Of a stretch of 64,000 bases of DNA, positions 19,449-28,753 are shown in pieces (position 1 is the first letter of the stretch; each line of letters begins with the position of its first letter). Below the pieces are notes generated by a model. The model saw only the letters and a program-made list of their open reading frames with translations. It had not been told where the DNA came from and did not search any database. A program made the position numbers and the translations under genes. Origin of the DNA: Candidatus Latescibacterota bacterium (GTDB taxonomy: Bacteria; Latescibacterota; UBA2968); contig OZ220741.1 in the NCBI GenBank assembly GCA_965116885.1, positions 5,216,001 through 5,280,000 of the forward strand. Reading direction: 5' to 3'.

Positions 19449-20591
19449 ATGAAAATTACCGATGTCAAAGCCACAACATTAAAAGGCTACAAAGATTGGA
19501 ACTATGTAAAAGTAGAAACCGATGCCGGCATATCGGGCGTGGGCGAAGCGCATCCGGGCGAAGGCATAACCGACGCGGTGACAAAGCGCTTGCGCCCCAT
19601 GCTCATCGGGCAAAACCCCCTGAATGTCGAGCCACTCTACACGCGGATGCTCGACCGCAACACCGGACAATCTACCGCAGGGATACTCCTCGGTGCAATC
19701 GGCGGCGTGGAAACTGCACTCTGGGATGTTGCGGGCAAAGCCATTGGCGTGCCCATCTATCAATTACTCGGCGGAAAGTATCGAGACCGACTGCGGATGT
19801 ACGCCGATGTGGGCAGAGGGCGAAATCGACAAAACACCCCCGAGACCTGGGCCGAACGCGCAAAAGAAGGCGTGGCAGATGGATTTCAGTCCATCAAATT
19901 CGACATCGACGGATCGGCAAATGAATTGCAACACGACCCCGTAGATCGCGGGTTATCACTCGCCGAATTGGACAAAATGGAAGCCATGGTATCCGCAGTC
20001 CGCGACGCCGTCGGATACGACATTGACCTGTGTATTGACTGCCACGGGAAATACAATGTGCGCGACGTACTCTTACTCGCCCAGCGCCTGGAAAAATTTA
20101 ACCTGATGTTCCTCGAAGACCCCGTACCCCCAGAAAATATCGACGCCATGGGCAAAGTAACAGCTTCGACATCCATACCGATCTGCACGGGCGAATGGGT
20201 CCACCGCAGAGATGGATTTCGCGGGCTAATCGAGAATCAAGCATGTGACATGCTACACATCGATATCTCAGCGACCGGAGGCATGCTGGAAGGCAAAAAA
20301 ATCGCAGACCTGGCAGACCTGTACTACATGCCCGCCGCATTCCACAACATCGTATCGCCGCTGGGCATGGTAGCATCCGCGCATGTAGGCGCAACCGTGC
20401 GAAACCTCCACACCCTGGAACTGCCCTACCACGCAGATCAGATAGAATGGCGCTGGGACCTCGTAATCAGCGATGAGCCATTAATTCAGGATGGACAATT
20501 TGTGCTCCCAGAAAAACCGGGTCTCGGCGTAGAATTTAACGAGGATTTGGCGCGCGCACATGTGAAAGAAGGGTATGATTTCTTTGATTAG
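19449..20591 (+). CDS. Mandelate racemase family dehydratase
   Basis: GVETALWDVAGKAIGVPIYQLLGG, KFD, DCH, FLEDP, TGE; ATG at 19449. Confidence 0.9.
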   Translation: MKITDVKATTLKGYKDWNYVKVETDAGISGVGEAHPGEGITDAVTKRLRPMLIGQNPLNVEPLYTRMLDRNTGQSTAGILLGAIGGVETALWDVAGKAIGVPIYQLLGGKYRDRLRMYADVGRGRNRQNTPETWAERAKEGVADGFQSIKFDIDGSANELQHDPVDRGLSLAELDKMEAMVSAVRDAVGYDIDLCIDCHGKYNVRDVLLLAQRLEKFNLMFLEDPVPPENIDAMGKVTASTSIPICTGEWVHRRDGFRGLIENQACDMLHIDISATGGMLEGKKIADLADLYYMPAAFHNIVSPLGMVASAHVGATVRNLHTLELPYHADQIEWRWDLVISDEPLIQDGQFVLPEKPGLGVEFNEDLARAHVKEGYDFFD

Positions 20592-20594
20592 TCG

Positions 20595-20622
20595 TTGACA
20601 AGGGATAGTAGATTTCTATATT
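20595..20622 (+). promoter_or_regulatory. sigma70-type promoter
   Basis: TTGACA(20595-20600)-16-TATATT(20617-20622). Confidence 0.5.
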
Positions 20623-20671
20623 CATGCGGCTTTTGAAAAACTATAGACTTACATAGAACTAAGGAGGCATT

Positions 20672-21829
20672 ATGGAACTCAACATCGGCATGATCGGATA
20701 TTCATTCATGGGCAAAGCGCACAGCAATGGATTCCGCCAACTGCCCGCGTTTTTTCCCGAACTCGGTGTAACACCCGTATTAAAAGTAATCTGTGGACGC
20801 AACCTCGACGCCGTAAAAGACGCGGCTGAAACATACCAGTGGGAAGAATACGAAACCGACTGGGAAAAAGTCGTCGATCGAGACGACATCGACGTCATAG
20901 ACATCTGCACACCCGGCGATCAGCACCTGCCCATGGCACTCGCCGCATTGAAAGCTGGCAAACACGTCATCTGTGAAAAACCCCTCACAAACACCCTCGC
21001 AGAAGCCAGAGAATTGTTGGCCGTGGCTGAAAACACCGACAAAAAAACCATGGTTGCATTCAACTACCGCCGCGTACCCGCGGTGGCATTGGCGCGGCAA
21101 TTGATCGCCGAAGGGCGGATTGGGGAAATTTATCACTGGCGCGCCGTGTACTTGCAAGACTGGATCATCGACCCCGACTTTCCACTCGTCTGGCGATTGG
21201 AAAAAGACAAAGCCGGTTCGGGACCGCACGGCGATTTGAACGCGCATATCATCGACCTCGCCCTGCATCTCGTAGGCGATATCGACAGCGTAGTCGGCGC
21301 AGATACCACCTTCATCAAAGAACGCCCACTACTCGAAGCCGTTGATGGGGGCCTGGGGGCGCAAGGCGGCGAACAAATGGGCCAGGTAACCGTTGACGAC
21401 GCCACCATGTTTTTGGCCCGGTTCCAAAACGGCGCACTCGGCACATTTGAAGCCACGCGCTTTGCCGCCGGACGGCGCAACTACAACCATTTTGAAATCA
21501 ACGGAAGCAAAGGCAGCATCGCATTCAACCTGCAAAAAATGAACGAATTGCAATTCTATTCGCGCGACGACGAAGATCACATCCAGGGCTTCCGAGAAAT
21601 TATCGTAGGAGAAGGCAGCCAACCCTTCATGGGCGCGTGGTGGCCCCCGGGACACATCATTGGCTGGGAACACACATTCACGCACGAATTCAGAGACTTC
21701 TTTGAAGCAATTGCACAGGATGGAACCTTTTCCCCCGACTTTGCCGAAGGCACAAAGGTACAGGCCGTCCTGGAAGCCGTAGTCGATTCGGCAGCGTCAA
21801 AAACCTGGCAAGACGTACCAAAAATTTGA
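20672..21829 (+). CDS. Gfo/Idh/MocA oxidoreductase, levoglucosan dehydrogenase-like subfamily
   Basis: IGYSFMGKAHS, CEKP, FNYRRVPA, YLQDW, DLNAHIID, WWPPGHIIGWEHTF. Confidence 0.85.
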   Translation: MELNIGMIGYSFMGKAHSNGFRQLPAFFPELGVTPVLKVICGRNLDAVKDAAETYQWEEYETDWEKVVDRDDIDVIDICTPGDQHLPMALAALKAGKHVICEKPLTNTLAEARELLAVAENTDKKTMVAFNYRRVPAVALARQLIAEGRIGEIYHWRAVYLQDWIIDPDFPLVWRLEKDKAGSGPHGDLNAHIIDLALHLVGDIDSVVGADTTFIKERPLLEAVDGGLGAQGGEQMGQVTVDDATMFLARFQNGALGTFEATRFAAGRRNYNHFEINGSKGSIAFNLQKMNELQFYSRDDEDHIQGFREIIVGEGSQPFMGAWWPPGHIIGWEHTFTHEFRDFFEAIAQDGTFSPDFAEGTKVQAVLEAVVDSAASKTWQDVPKI

Positions 21830-21870
21830 ACTATATTCTAAAAGAAGACAGCGAGTAATTTGAGCTGTCT

Positions 21871-21940
21871 CACGGATAAACGCGGCTGCTTACCGTGTTA
21901 AAAGCCTTTTATCTGCGTTCATCTGCGTTCATCTGTGGAT
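21871..21940. repeat. ATCTGCGTTC decamer repeats with complementary upstream arm
   Basis: ATCTGCGTTC x2 + ATCTGTGGAT (21911-21940); CACGGATAAACGCGG (21871-21885) is near-complementary; same family as 4281-4350. Confidence 0.65.
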
Positions 21941-21957
21941 CCAAACAGGAGTGAAAA

Positions 21958-22956
21958 ATGGCAAGACCAGTTACGTTATTCACCGGACAGTGGGCGGACT
22001 TGACACTGGAAGTCATGTTGCAAAAAGCCAGAGACTTTGGCTATGACGGCGTGGAACTCGCATGTTGGGGCGACCACATGGACGTGCGCGAAGCCGCATC
22101 GAACGACGGCTATGTACGCGAAAAAAAGGAATTGCTCGAACAATACAGCATGCAGTGCTTCGCCATTAGCAATCACCTGGCAGGGCAGGCCGTATGCGAC
22201 AATATCGACGAACGGCACGAGGCGATTTTGCCGCCCCATGTATGGGGCGATGGCGACCCCGAAGGCGTGCGACAACGCGCCGCCGAAGAAATGATAGCAA
22301 CAGCCGAAGCCGCAAACGCCATGGACCTGACCGTGGTCAATGGCTTTACCGGATCCTCAATCTGGCATCTGTTGTATTCTTTCCCCCCGGTGTCACCCGA
22401 TCAGATCGACGCGGGATTTAGCGACTTTGCAGACCGCTGGAACCCGATTCTGGACGTATTCCAAAAAAACGGCGTGCGATTCGCACTCGAAGTGCATCCA
22501 ACGGAAATCGCATTTGATATAGCTTCGTCTGCCCGGGCATTAAAGGCACTGGAAAACCGACCGGAATTTGGCTTCAATTACGACCCCAGCCATCTGGTCT
22601 ATCAAAATGTGGATTACGTTGGCTTTATCCGCGAGTTCAGCGACCGAATCTATCACGTCCACATGAAAGATTCTTACCTGTCGCCCAACCCCAAACGCGC
22701 GGGTATATTTGGTGGGCATACAAATTTCGGCGATCCAGACCGCAGTTGGGATTTCCGCTCGGTGGGTCGCGGCAGCGTGGATTTCGAAGAAATTATTCGC
22801 GCATTAAACGACATTGGCTACGATGGACCGCTCTCCGTCGAGTGGGAAGATTCGGGCATGGACCGCGAACACGGCGCGACTGAATCCTGCGCCTTTGTCA
22901 ATGAAATCGACTTTGAACCCTCAGAAGTCGCATTTGACGCGGCGTTTGAAGAATAG
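21958..22956 (+). CDS. Sugar phosphate isomerase/epimerase (xylose isomerase-like TIM barrel)
   Basis: [31 protein letters not shown] metal ligands. Confidence 0.88.
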   Translation: MARPVTLFTGQWADLTLEVMLQKARDFGYDGVELACWGDHMDVREAASNDGYVREKKELLEQYSMQCFAISNHLAGQAVCDNIDERHEAILPPHVWGDGDPEGVRQRAAEEMIATAEAANAMDLTVVNGFTGSSIWHLLYSFPPVSPDQIDAGFSDFADRWNPILDVFQKNGVRFALEVHPTEIAFDIASSARALKALENRPEFGFNYDPSHLVYQNVDYVGFIREFSDRIYHVHMKDSYLSPNPKRAGIFGGHTNFGDPDRSWDFRSVGRGSVDFEEIIRALNDIGYDGPLSVEWEDSGMDREHGATESCAFVNEIDFEPSEVAFDAAFEE

Positions 22957-22959
22957 CTT

Positions 22960-23037
22960 TCAGCAGTCAACTTTCAGCGGTCAGCCCTCCCATCCACCAC
23001 CCCAACAGGGCGGAATAGTGAGGGCTGACATTTTTTT
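22960..23037 (+). repeat. TCAGCnn heptamers followed by a hairpin and T-tract
   Basis: TCAGCAG TCAACTT TCAGCGG TCAGCCC; GTCAGCCCTC(22980-22989)/GAGGGCTGAC(23020-23029) then T7. Confidence 0.55.
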
Positions 23038-23049
23038 GGGGAATACACA

Positions 23050-24603
23050 ATGGCACGTTATCTATTTCTCGCACTATTGATGTTAATAACCGCTTGTGAA
23101 CAACAGACCGGGCGCACGGTTGTATTTGGGCGCGGTGGCGATTCCGTGGGACTGGATCCCGCGCTGGAGACAGACGGCGAATCGTTTAAAGTATGCGATA
23201 ATATTTACGAAACACTCGTCGCATTTGTGCCCGAACGCACCGACCTCGCACCCGGATTAGCCACTTCTTGGCAGGCATCAGAAGATGGTTTGACCTGGAC
23301 ATTTCAGTTGCGCGAAAATGTCGTCTTCCACGATGGCACGCCCTTTAATGCCGATGCCGTCGTCTTTTCACTCGCGCGGCAATTCAAGCCCGATCACCCT
23401 TTCAACAAAGTAGAAGGCGCGTATCAATACTGGGCAGGCATGTCCATGAGCGACATCGTAAAAGATGTCCGCAAAATAGACGACATGACCGTATCTATTG
23501 ACCTGAAACGCCCCAACGCACCCTTCCTCGCAAATCTGACAATGAATTTTTGCGCCATCGTCAGCCCTGTTGCCGTCGAAAAATGGGGAGCTGATTTTGC
23601 TCGGCATCCCGTGGGCACAGGCCCGTTTCGCTTTGTCGAATGGATAAAAGACGACCGCGTTGTATTGGAACGCAACCCCGATTATTGGGGACCTGCCCCC
23701 AAAATTGATCGCCTGATTTTTAGAAGCATTCCCGAAAATTCCGTCCGACTAATCGCCCTGACCCAAGGATCTATCGACGGCATGGACAACCTCGTGCCAG
23801 ACTTCTTACCGACAATTGAATCAGATGAAAATCTCGCCTTGCTGTCCCAGCCGGGGATGAACGTGGGCTATCTGGCGATGAACATGGACAAAGAACCATT
23901 CCAGAACCTCAATGTGCGGCGCGCCATAAACCACGCGATCAACAAACAAGCTCTGATCGACAACCTGTATCAGGGATTGGCCATTCCAGCGGTCAATCCC
24001 ATTCCGCCGACGGTCTGGAGCTATCGGCAAGAAACACCCGGCTATGAATACGACCCGGAAAAAGCCAGAGCACTCCTATCCGAAGCGGGATTTCCAAACG
24101 GATTCAAAACCACCCTCTGGGCCATGCCCGTACCGCGTCCCTATATGCCACAACCCCAGAAAATCGCCCAGGCGATCCAGGCCGATCTACAAACAGTTGG
24201 CATCGAAGCTGAAATCGTCACTTATGAATGGGGAACATATCTGGATAAAGTTCAGCGCGGGCAGCACGATATGGCATTGCTGGGCTGGACCGGAGACAAC
24301 GGCGACCCCGACAACTTCCTCTATATTCTGCTGGACAAAAGCGCGACTCAAATGCCAGCCAATAACATCTCCTTTTACCGCAGCGACCCCTTGCACGACG
24401 TGTTGGTGGCCGCCCAAAAGGAATCCGACAAAACAAAACGCACAGCCCTGTATCAAAAGGCACAAGAAATCGTCTTTCACGACGCCCCCTGGGTCCCCCT
24501 CGTACACGCGACCCAAACAGCGGCATTCCGCACCCGCGTCAAAGGCTTTAAGCTACACCCCACCGGGAGCAAATGGTTTCACGATGTGATGATTGAAGAA
24601 TAG
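23050..24603 (+). CDS. dppA: Dipeptide/oligopeptide ABC transporter substrate-binding lipoprotein (family 5)
   Basis: Lipobox ITAC, LATSW..SEDGLTWTFQLR, PVGTGPF, AMPVPRPYMP, GWTGDNGDPDNF (DppA-like). Confidence 0.85.
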   Translation: MARYLFLALLMLITACEQQTGRTVVFGRGGDSVGLDPALETDGESFKVCDNIYETLVAFVPERTDLAPGLATSWQASEDGLTWTFQLRENVVFHDGTPFNADAVVFSLARQFKPDHPFNKVEGAYQYWAGMSMSDIVKDVRKIDDMTVSIDLKRPNAPFLANLTMNFCAIVSPVAVEKWGADFARHPVGTGPFRFVEWIKDDRVVLERNPDYWGPAPKIDRLIFRSIPENSVRLIALTQGSIDGMDNLVPDFLPTIESDENLALLSQPGMNVGYLAMNMDKEPFQNLNVRRAINHAINKQALIDNLYQGLAIPAVNPIPPTVWSYRQETPGYEYDPEKARALLSEAGFPNGFKTTLWAMPVPRPYMPQPQKIAQAIQADLQTVGIEAEIVTYEWGTYLDKVQRGQHDMALLGWTGDNGDPDNFLYILLDKSATQMPANNISFYRSDPLHDVLVAAQKESDKTKRTALYQKAQEIVFHDAPWVPLVHATQTAAFRTRVKGFKLHPTGSKWFHDVMIEE

Positions 24604-24652
24604 ACGATCAATGTATCGGACATCTTTTTTTAGGGAATAGAAAATCTCACAG

Positions 24653-24687
24653 AAGCCCAACGGCCTCTTCCAAACCGTTGGGCTTTT
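24653..24687 (+). terminator. Intrinsic terminator after dppA
   Basis: AAGCCCAACGG/CCGTTGGGCTT stem followed by Ts. Confidence 0.7.
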
Positions 24688-25035
24688 CCTATTAGAGCCT
24701 CAATGGAACAGGTCAAAAGATTTAAAAATTGCCTATCAGTGTGGGTTTGTGTCTTTATCGACTTTTAGCAGGGCGTGCAAGACAAAAAAATAAAACCACG
24801 TATAAAAAAATGGAAACTGGGACAAATTCTGAACGTTAGGACAAAGGTTTGGCATTGATTTTAGAAACGTTTGTGTCGATTTTTTATAAATGTCAGTAAA
24901 AAAGTACCGTTCACGCAAATTAAGGTGTCTCAGATGTGATGCCAGGCACTATTTATACAAATGTCCTGACCGACCAGCCGGGCAAATCTGTTCACACTAT
25001 TGTGTAACTGAAGTCTTAAATGAAAAGAGAAACCA

Positions 25036-27792
25036 ATGCGTAACCTGATTTTGTTCACACTATCCACACTCGCGTTTTTAATACATCCGCTATTTCTTCC
25101 AGCGCAAAATAGCTTTTCTTTTTCCATAGAGGCGAACAGTGCGACGGGTGATCAAGCGATCACATCTGTTAATGTATCCCCGGACTTTGATGGCGATGGT
25201 ATGGTTGGCTTCTCTGACTTTTTGGCGTTTGTAGGTCTGTTTGGGTCACGTCAAGGCGATGGAAGGTATGAAGCGAAGTATGACCTGGACAGCGACGGCG
25301 CAATTGGATTTGCCGATTTTCTGATCTTTAGTGCCAGCTTTGGCAAAGAGGTATCTTCCCCAGGGGATGATGCAACGCAGGTTGCCATTCCGGATGCGAG
25401 CCTGCGTGCTGTTATTGCGGACAGTCTCGGCAAGGCGAGCGATGCGCCAATCACGCAGGCAGAGATGGCGACCTTAACTCACCTTGCTGCTCGGAACAAG
25501 AATATTCGCGATCTGACCGGGCTTGAGTTTGCTATTAATCTGACAGCGTTGGATCTCGAAGGAGAGGGAGTGGGTGTGGATGGAGAGTGGGTGAACAGCA
25601 ACGAGATATCCAACCTGTCGCCGCTATCTAATTTAACCCGTCTGGAACGACTGTATCTTTCCGGCAACAGCATATCGGATGTAGCATCGCTATCGAACTT
25701 GACCAATCTGGAAGCGCTGTGGCTTGACGTCAACAGCATATCGAATGTGGCACCGCTATCCAACTTGACCAGCCTAATAGGACTGGAGCTTTCCTTCAAC
25801 AGCATATCGAGTGTGGCACCGTTATCTAACTTGACCAGCCTAAGATCACTGACTCTTGCTGGCAACAGCATATCGAATGTGTCTGCACTGTCAGGATTAA
25901 CCAGTCTGGAATGGCTGGATCTTTCCTTCAACAGCATAGCGAATGTGGCGCCGCTATCTAATATGACCAGCCTGATAGAACTGGAGCTTTCCGACAACAG
26001 CATATCGAGTGTGGCACCGCTATCTAATTTAACCCGTCTGGAATGGCTGGGGCTTTCCGACAACAGCATCTCGGACCTCGCACCGCTGGTGGCAAATGCG
26101 GGATTGGGTGAAGGAGATTGGATTGAAGTAAGGAACAACCCCTTGAGTGCCACATCAATCAACACCCACATTCCAGCCCTTCAGAGCAGAGGGGTTAGTG
26201 TACTCTATACCCGTAGTGGCGGTAGTGGAGGCGGTGGTGGTGGCAGTGGTGGCAGTGCAACGGACGTTGTCATTCTGGATGAAAACCTGTATGAGGTCAT
26301 TGCGAACAGTCTCGGCAAGGCGTTCGGTGCGCCAATCACGCAGGCAGAGATGGCGACCTTAACTCGCCTTGATGCATCGAACGCGAATATTCGCGATCTA
26401 ACCGGGCTTGAGTTTGCTATTAACCTGACAGAGTTGGTCCTCGGTGTAGACGAAGGGAGCTTGTGGAAGGAGAACATCAATGAGCTACTCAACAACCCTT
26501 CGCTATACTTGACCTATATAATAGAACTATGGATTAACTTTTCCTTCAACCTTTCCCTCAACAGAATATCGGATGTGACACCGCTATCTAACTTGACCAG
26601 CCTAAGATTCCTGGATCTTTCCTATAACAGCATATCGGATGTGACGCCACTATCTAACTTGACCAATCTGGAAGTGCTGGATCTTTCCGGCAACAGCAGA
26701 TGGGAAGAGGTAGTGACGCCACTATCGGATGTGACGCCACTATCTAACTTGACCAATCTGGAAGTGCTGGATCTTTCCGGCAACAGCATATCAAATGTGA
26801 CGCCACTATCTAACTTGACCAGCCTAAGGACCCTGGATCTTTTCAAAACCAGCATAGCGAATATGTCTGCACTGTCAGGATTAACCAATCTGGAAGTGCT
26901 GGATCTTTCCTACACAAGCATATCGGATGTAACACCACTATCTAACTTGACCAGCCTAAGATTTCTGGGTCTTGCCAGCAACGGCATATCGGATGTGACG
27001 CCGCTTGTGACGCTTCTATCTAACTTGACCAGCCTAAGATCACTGACTCTTGCTGGCAACAGCATATCGAATGTGTCTGCACTGTCAGGATTAACCAGTC
27101 TGGAATGGCTGAATCTTTCCAGCAACAGCATAGCGAATGTGGCACCGCTATCTAACTTGACCAATCTAAGATGGCTGACTCTTATCGAAAACAACATATC
27201 TGATGTGATACCACTATCCAACTTGACCAATCTAAGAGCTCTAACTCTTATCGAAAACAACATATCTGATGTGACACCACTATCCAACTTGACCAATCTG
27301 GAATTGCTGGATCTTTCCCGCAACAGCATAGCGAACGTGACACCACTATCCAACTTGACCAATCTAAGATGGCTGACTCTTGACGACAACAACATATCGG
27401 ATATGACACCGATATCTAATTTGACCCGTCTGGTAGTGCTGCAACTTGACGACAACAGCATATCGAATGTGACACCGATATCTAACTTAATCAACCTGAT
27501 AGATCTGGATCTTTCCAGCAACAGCATCTCAGACCTCGCGCCGCTGGTGGCAAACACGGGATTGGGTGAAGGAGATGAGGTTGATGTGAGCAACAACCCC
27601 TTGAGTGCCACATCAATCAACATACATATTCCAACCCTTGAGAGCAGAGGGGTCGAGGTAGATTTTAGCGCATCGAAGCCCACTGTGAAAAACAAAGAAC
27701 TGAGGATGCCCCTCCGGATGATAGAACCGTTTGGAATGAAAAAATGGAAGGTGGGCGATAATTTGAAAAAAGATCGCTTGAATAATTTTTGA
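25036..27792 (+). CDS. Secreted internalin-like leucine-rich-repeat protein with N-terminal dockerin-like EF-hand pair
   Basis: Signal peptide; PDFDGDGMVGFSDFLAFVGLFG...DLDSDGAIGFADFLIF; two capped LRR modules of 22-aa repeats (NSISxVxPLSNLTxLxxLxL) joined by a Gly/Ser linker. Confidence 0.9.
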   Translation: MRNLILFTLSTLAFLIHPLFLPAQNSFSFSIEANSATGDQAITSVNVSPDFDGDGMVGFSDFLAFVGLFGSRQGDGRYEAKYDLDSDGAIGFADFLIFSASFGKEVSSPGDDATQVAIPDASLRAVIADSLGKASDAPITQAEMATLTHLAARNKNIRDLTGLEFAINLTALDLEGEGVGVDGEWVNSNEISNLSPLSNLTRLERLYLSGNSISDVASLSNLTNLEALWLDVNSISNVAPLSNLTSLIGLELSFNSISSVAPLSNLTSLRSLTLAGNSISNVSALSGLTSLEWLDLSFNSIANVAPLSNMTSLIELELSDNSISSVAPLSNLTRLEWLGLSDNSISDLAPLVANAGLGEGDWIEVRNNPLSATSINTHIPALQSRGVSVLYTRSGGSGGGGGGSGGSATDVVILDENLYEVIANSLGKAFGAPITQAEMATLTRLDASNANIRDLTGLEFAINLTELVLGVDEGSLWKENINELLNNPSLYLTYIIELWINFSFNLSLNRISDVTPLSNLTSLRFLDLSYNSISDVTPLSNLTNLEVLDLSGNSRWEEVVTPLSDVTPLSNLTNLEVLDLSGNSISNVTPLSNLTSLRTLDLFKTSIANMSALSGLTNLEVLDLSYTSISDVTPLSNLTSLRFLGLASNGISDVTPLVTLLSNLTSLRSLTLAGNSISNVSALSGLTSLEWLNLSSNSIANVAPLSNLTNLRWLTLIENNISDVIPLSNLTNLRALTLIENNISDVTPLSNLTNLELLDLSRNSIANVTPLSNLTNLRWLTLDDNNISDMTPISNLTRLVVLQLDDNSISNVTPISNLINLIDLDLSSNSISDLAPLVANTGLGEGDEVDVSNNPLSATSINIHIPTLESRGVEVDFSASKPTVKNKELRMPLRMIEPFGMKKWKVGDNLKKDRLNNF

Positions 27793-27838
27793 CACCTCGG
27801 TTTTCGCACCACCGAGAAATCACTTTGTGGTCACAAAT

Positions 27839-27877
27839 AAAAACGGCAGTGAACTGTAATACTCACCGCCGTTCTTT
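27839..27877. terminator. Probable bidirectional terminator between LRR gene and doc
   Basis: AACGGCAGTGA/TCACCGCCGTT stem with A- and T-rich flanks between convergent genes. Confidence 0.6.
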
Positions 27878-27985
27878 ATATTTTTGTGTTAGATTAAGAA
27901 ACAGATTGCAGCACGCAACACCTGTACTGGCTCTCGCCTTATCTACCCCGTCTAATTTTAGACGCTCCGATAACAGCGTCCCCTT

Positions 27986-28372
27986 TTATCTCACTTCATC
28001 AATATGATCCGTCAACCATTCGATCAGTTTATTACGAGAAACATCCCCTGAAGCAAGTCCTAAAATGACTTGTTCCTGATCATCTACGGAAGCATAAATT
28101 TCATATCCATTCAGGACCAACATGACTTCCATAGCAGCATGTCCTACTCGCTTGTTTCCATCAATGAACGGGTGATTTTGAACCAAGGAAAAACTCAATG
28201 CAGCAGCTTTTTCAATCAGAGTCGGGTAAAGATCACGACCTCCAAACGTCATATGGGGCTGGGCGATGGCTGATTCCAATCCGCCGAGGTCACGTAACCC
28301 CGTCGATCCACCACTTTCTTCAATAATACGCCGATGAAGTTCTAACACTTCACTCAGACTGATATAACGCAT
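27986..28372 (-). CDS. doc: Death-on-curing (Doc/Fic) family toxin
   Basis: HPFIDGNKRVG motif, GLRDLGGLESA, LYPTLIEKAAAL. Confidence 0.9.
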   Translation of the reverse strand: MRYISLSEVLELHRRIIEESGGSTGLRDLGGLESAIAQPHMTFGGRDLYPTLIEKAAALSFSLVQNHPFIDGNKRVGHAAMEVMLVLNGYEIYASVDDQEQVILGLASGDVSRNKLIEWLTDHIDEVR

Positions 28373-28563
28373 TAACTCAACCTTCGATAGAGTCCTCGAT
28401 TCTTCTTCAGGACATGCTCTGCAGCGTGCTCAAAGTCTGCATCTGAATGTAAAAGGTCGGTTAATGCTGCCTTAGCCAATTTCTCCACAGGAACATTCAG
28501 TCGTTTAGCGGTCGCTTGTAAGCGTTTGACCTCATTTTCGGATAAATCCACAGAAAATTTCAC
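28372..28563 (-). CDS. Putative antitoxin (ribbon-helix-helix-like) of the Doc toxin
   Basis: 63 aa, TAATG overlap with doc, C-terminal KKNRGLYRRLS helix typical of Doc partners. Confidence 0.75.
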   Translation of the reverse strand: MKFSVDLSENEVKRLQATAKRLNVPVEKLAKAALTDLLHSDADFEHAAEHVLKKNRGLYRRLS

Positions 28564-28653
28564 ATTTTGTCTCCCAATAAAAAATATTTTGAGCTATATG
28601 TGCATCTCGTTGATCCAACTATCCCACCCTTCGACATAAATAATGCTTAATTT

Positions 28654-28682
28654 TTAGTAACAATAAATAACACGATTGTCAA
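28654..28682 (-). promoter_or_regulatory. sigma70-type promoter of the TA operon
   Basis: Minus strand TTGACA(28682-28677)-17-TACTAA(28659-28654). Confidence 0.5.
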
Positions 28683-28753
28683 GGGTTTAGTTATATTTGA
28701 GTTCATTCCGCTTTTAAAACTCTATTCTCATCACCTTCTCAAAATCGCTTCCC

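Noticed and set aside
24850..25020. sigma54 promoter or c-di-GMP riboswitch upstream of the LRR gene
   Set aside because: TGGCA lacks the -12 TTGC; GGCAAA lacks the GAAA loop and second stem
25479..27812. Repetitive minus-strand ORFs opposite the LRR gene, and the repeats as a possible CRISPR array or DGR
   Set aside because: Open frames arise from the in-frame 66-bp coding repeats; no unique spacers, cas genes or reverse transcriptase
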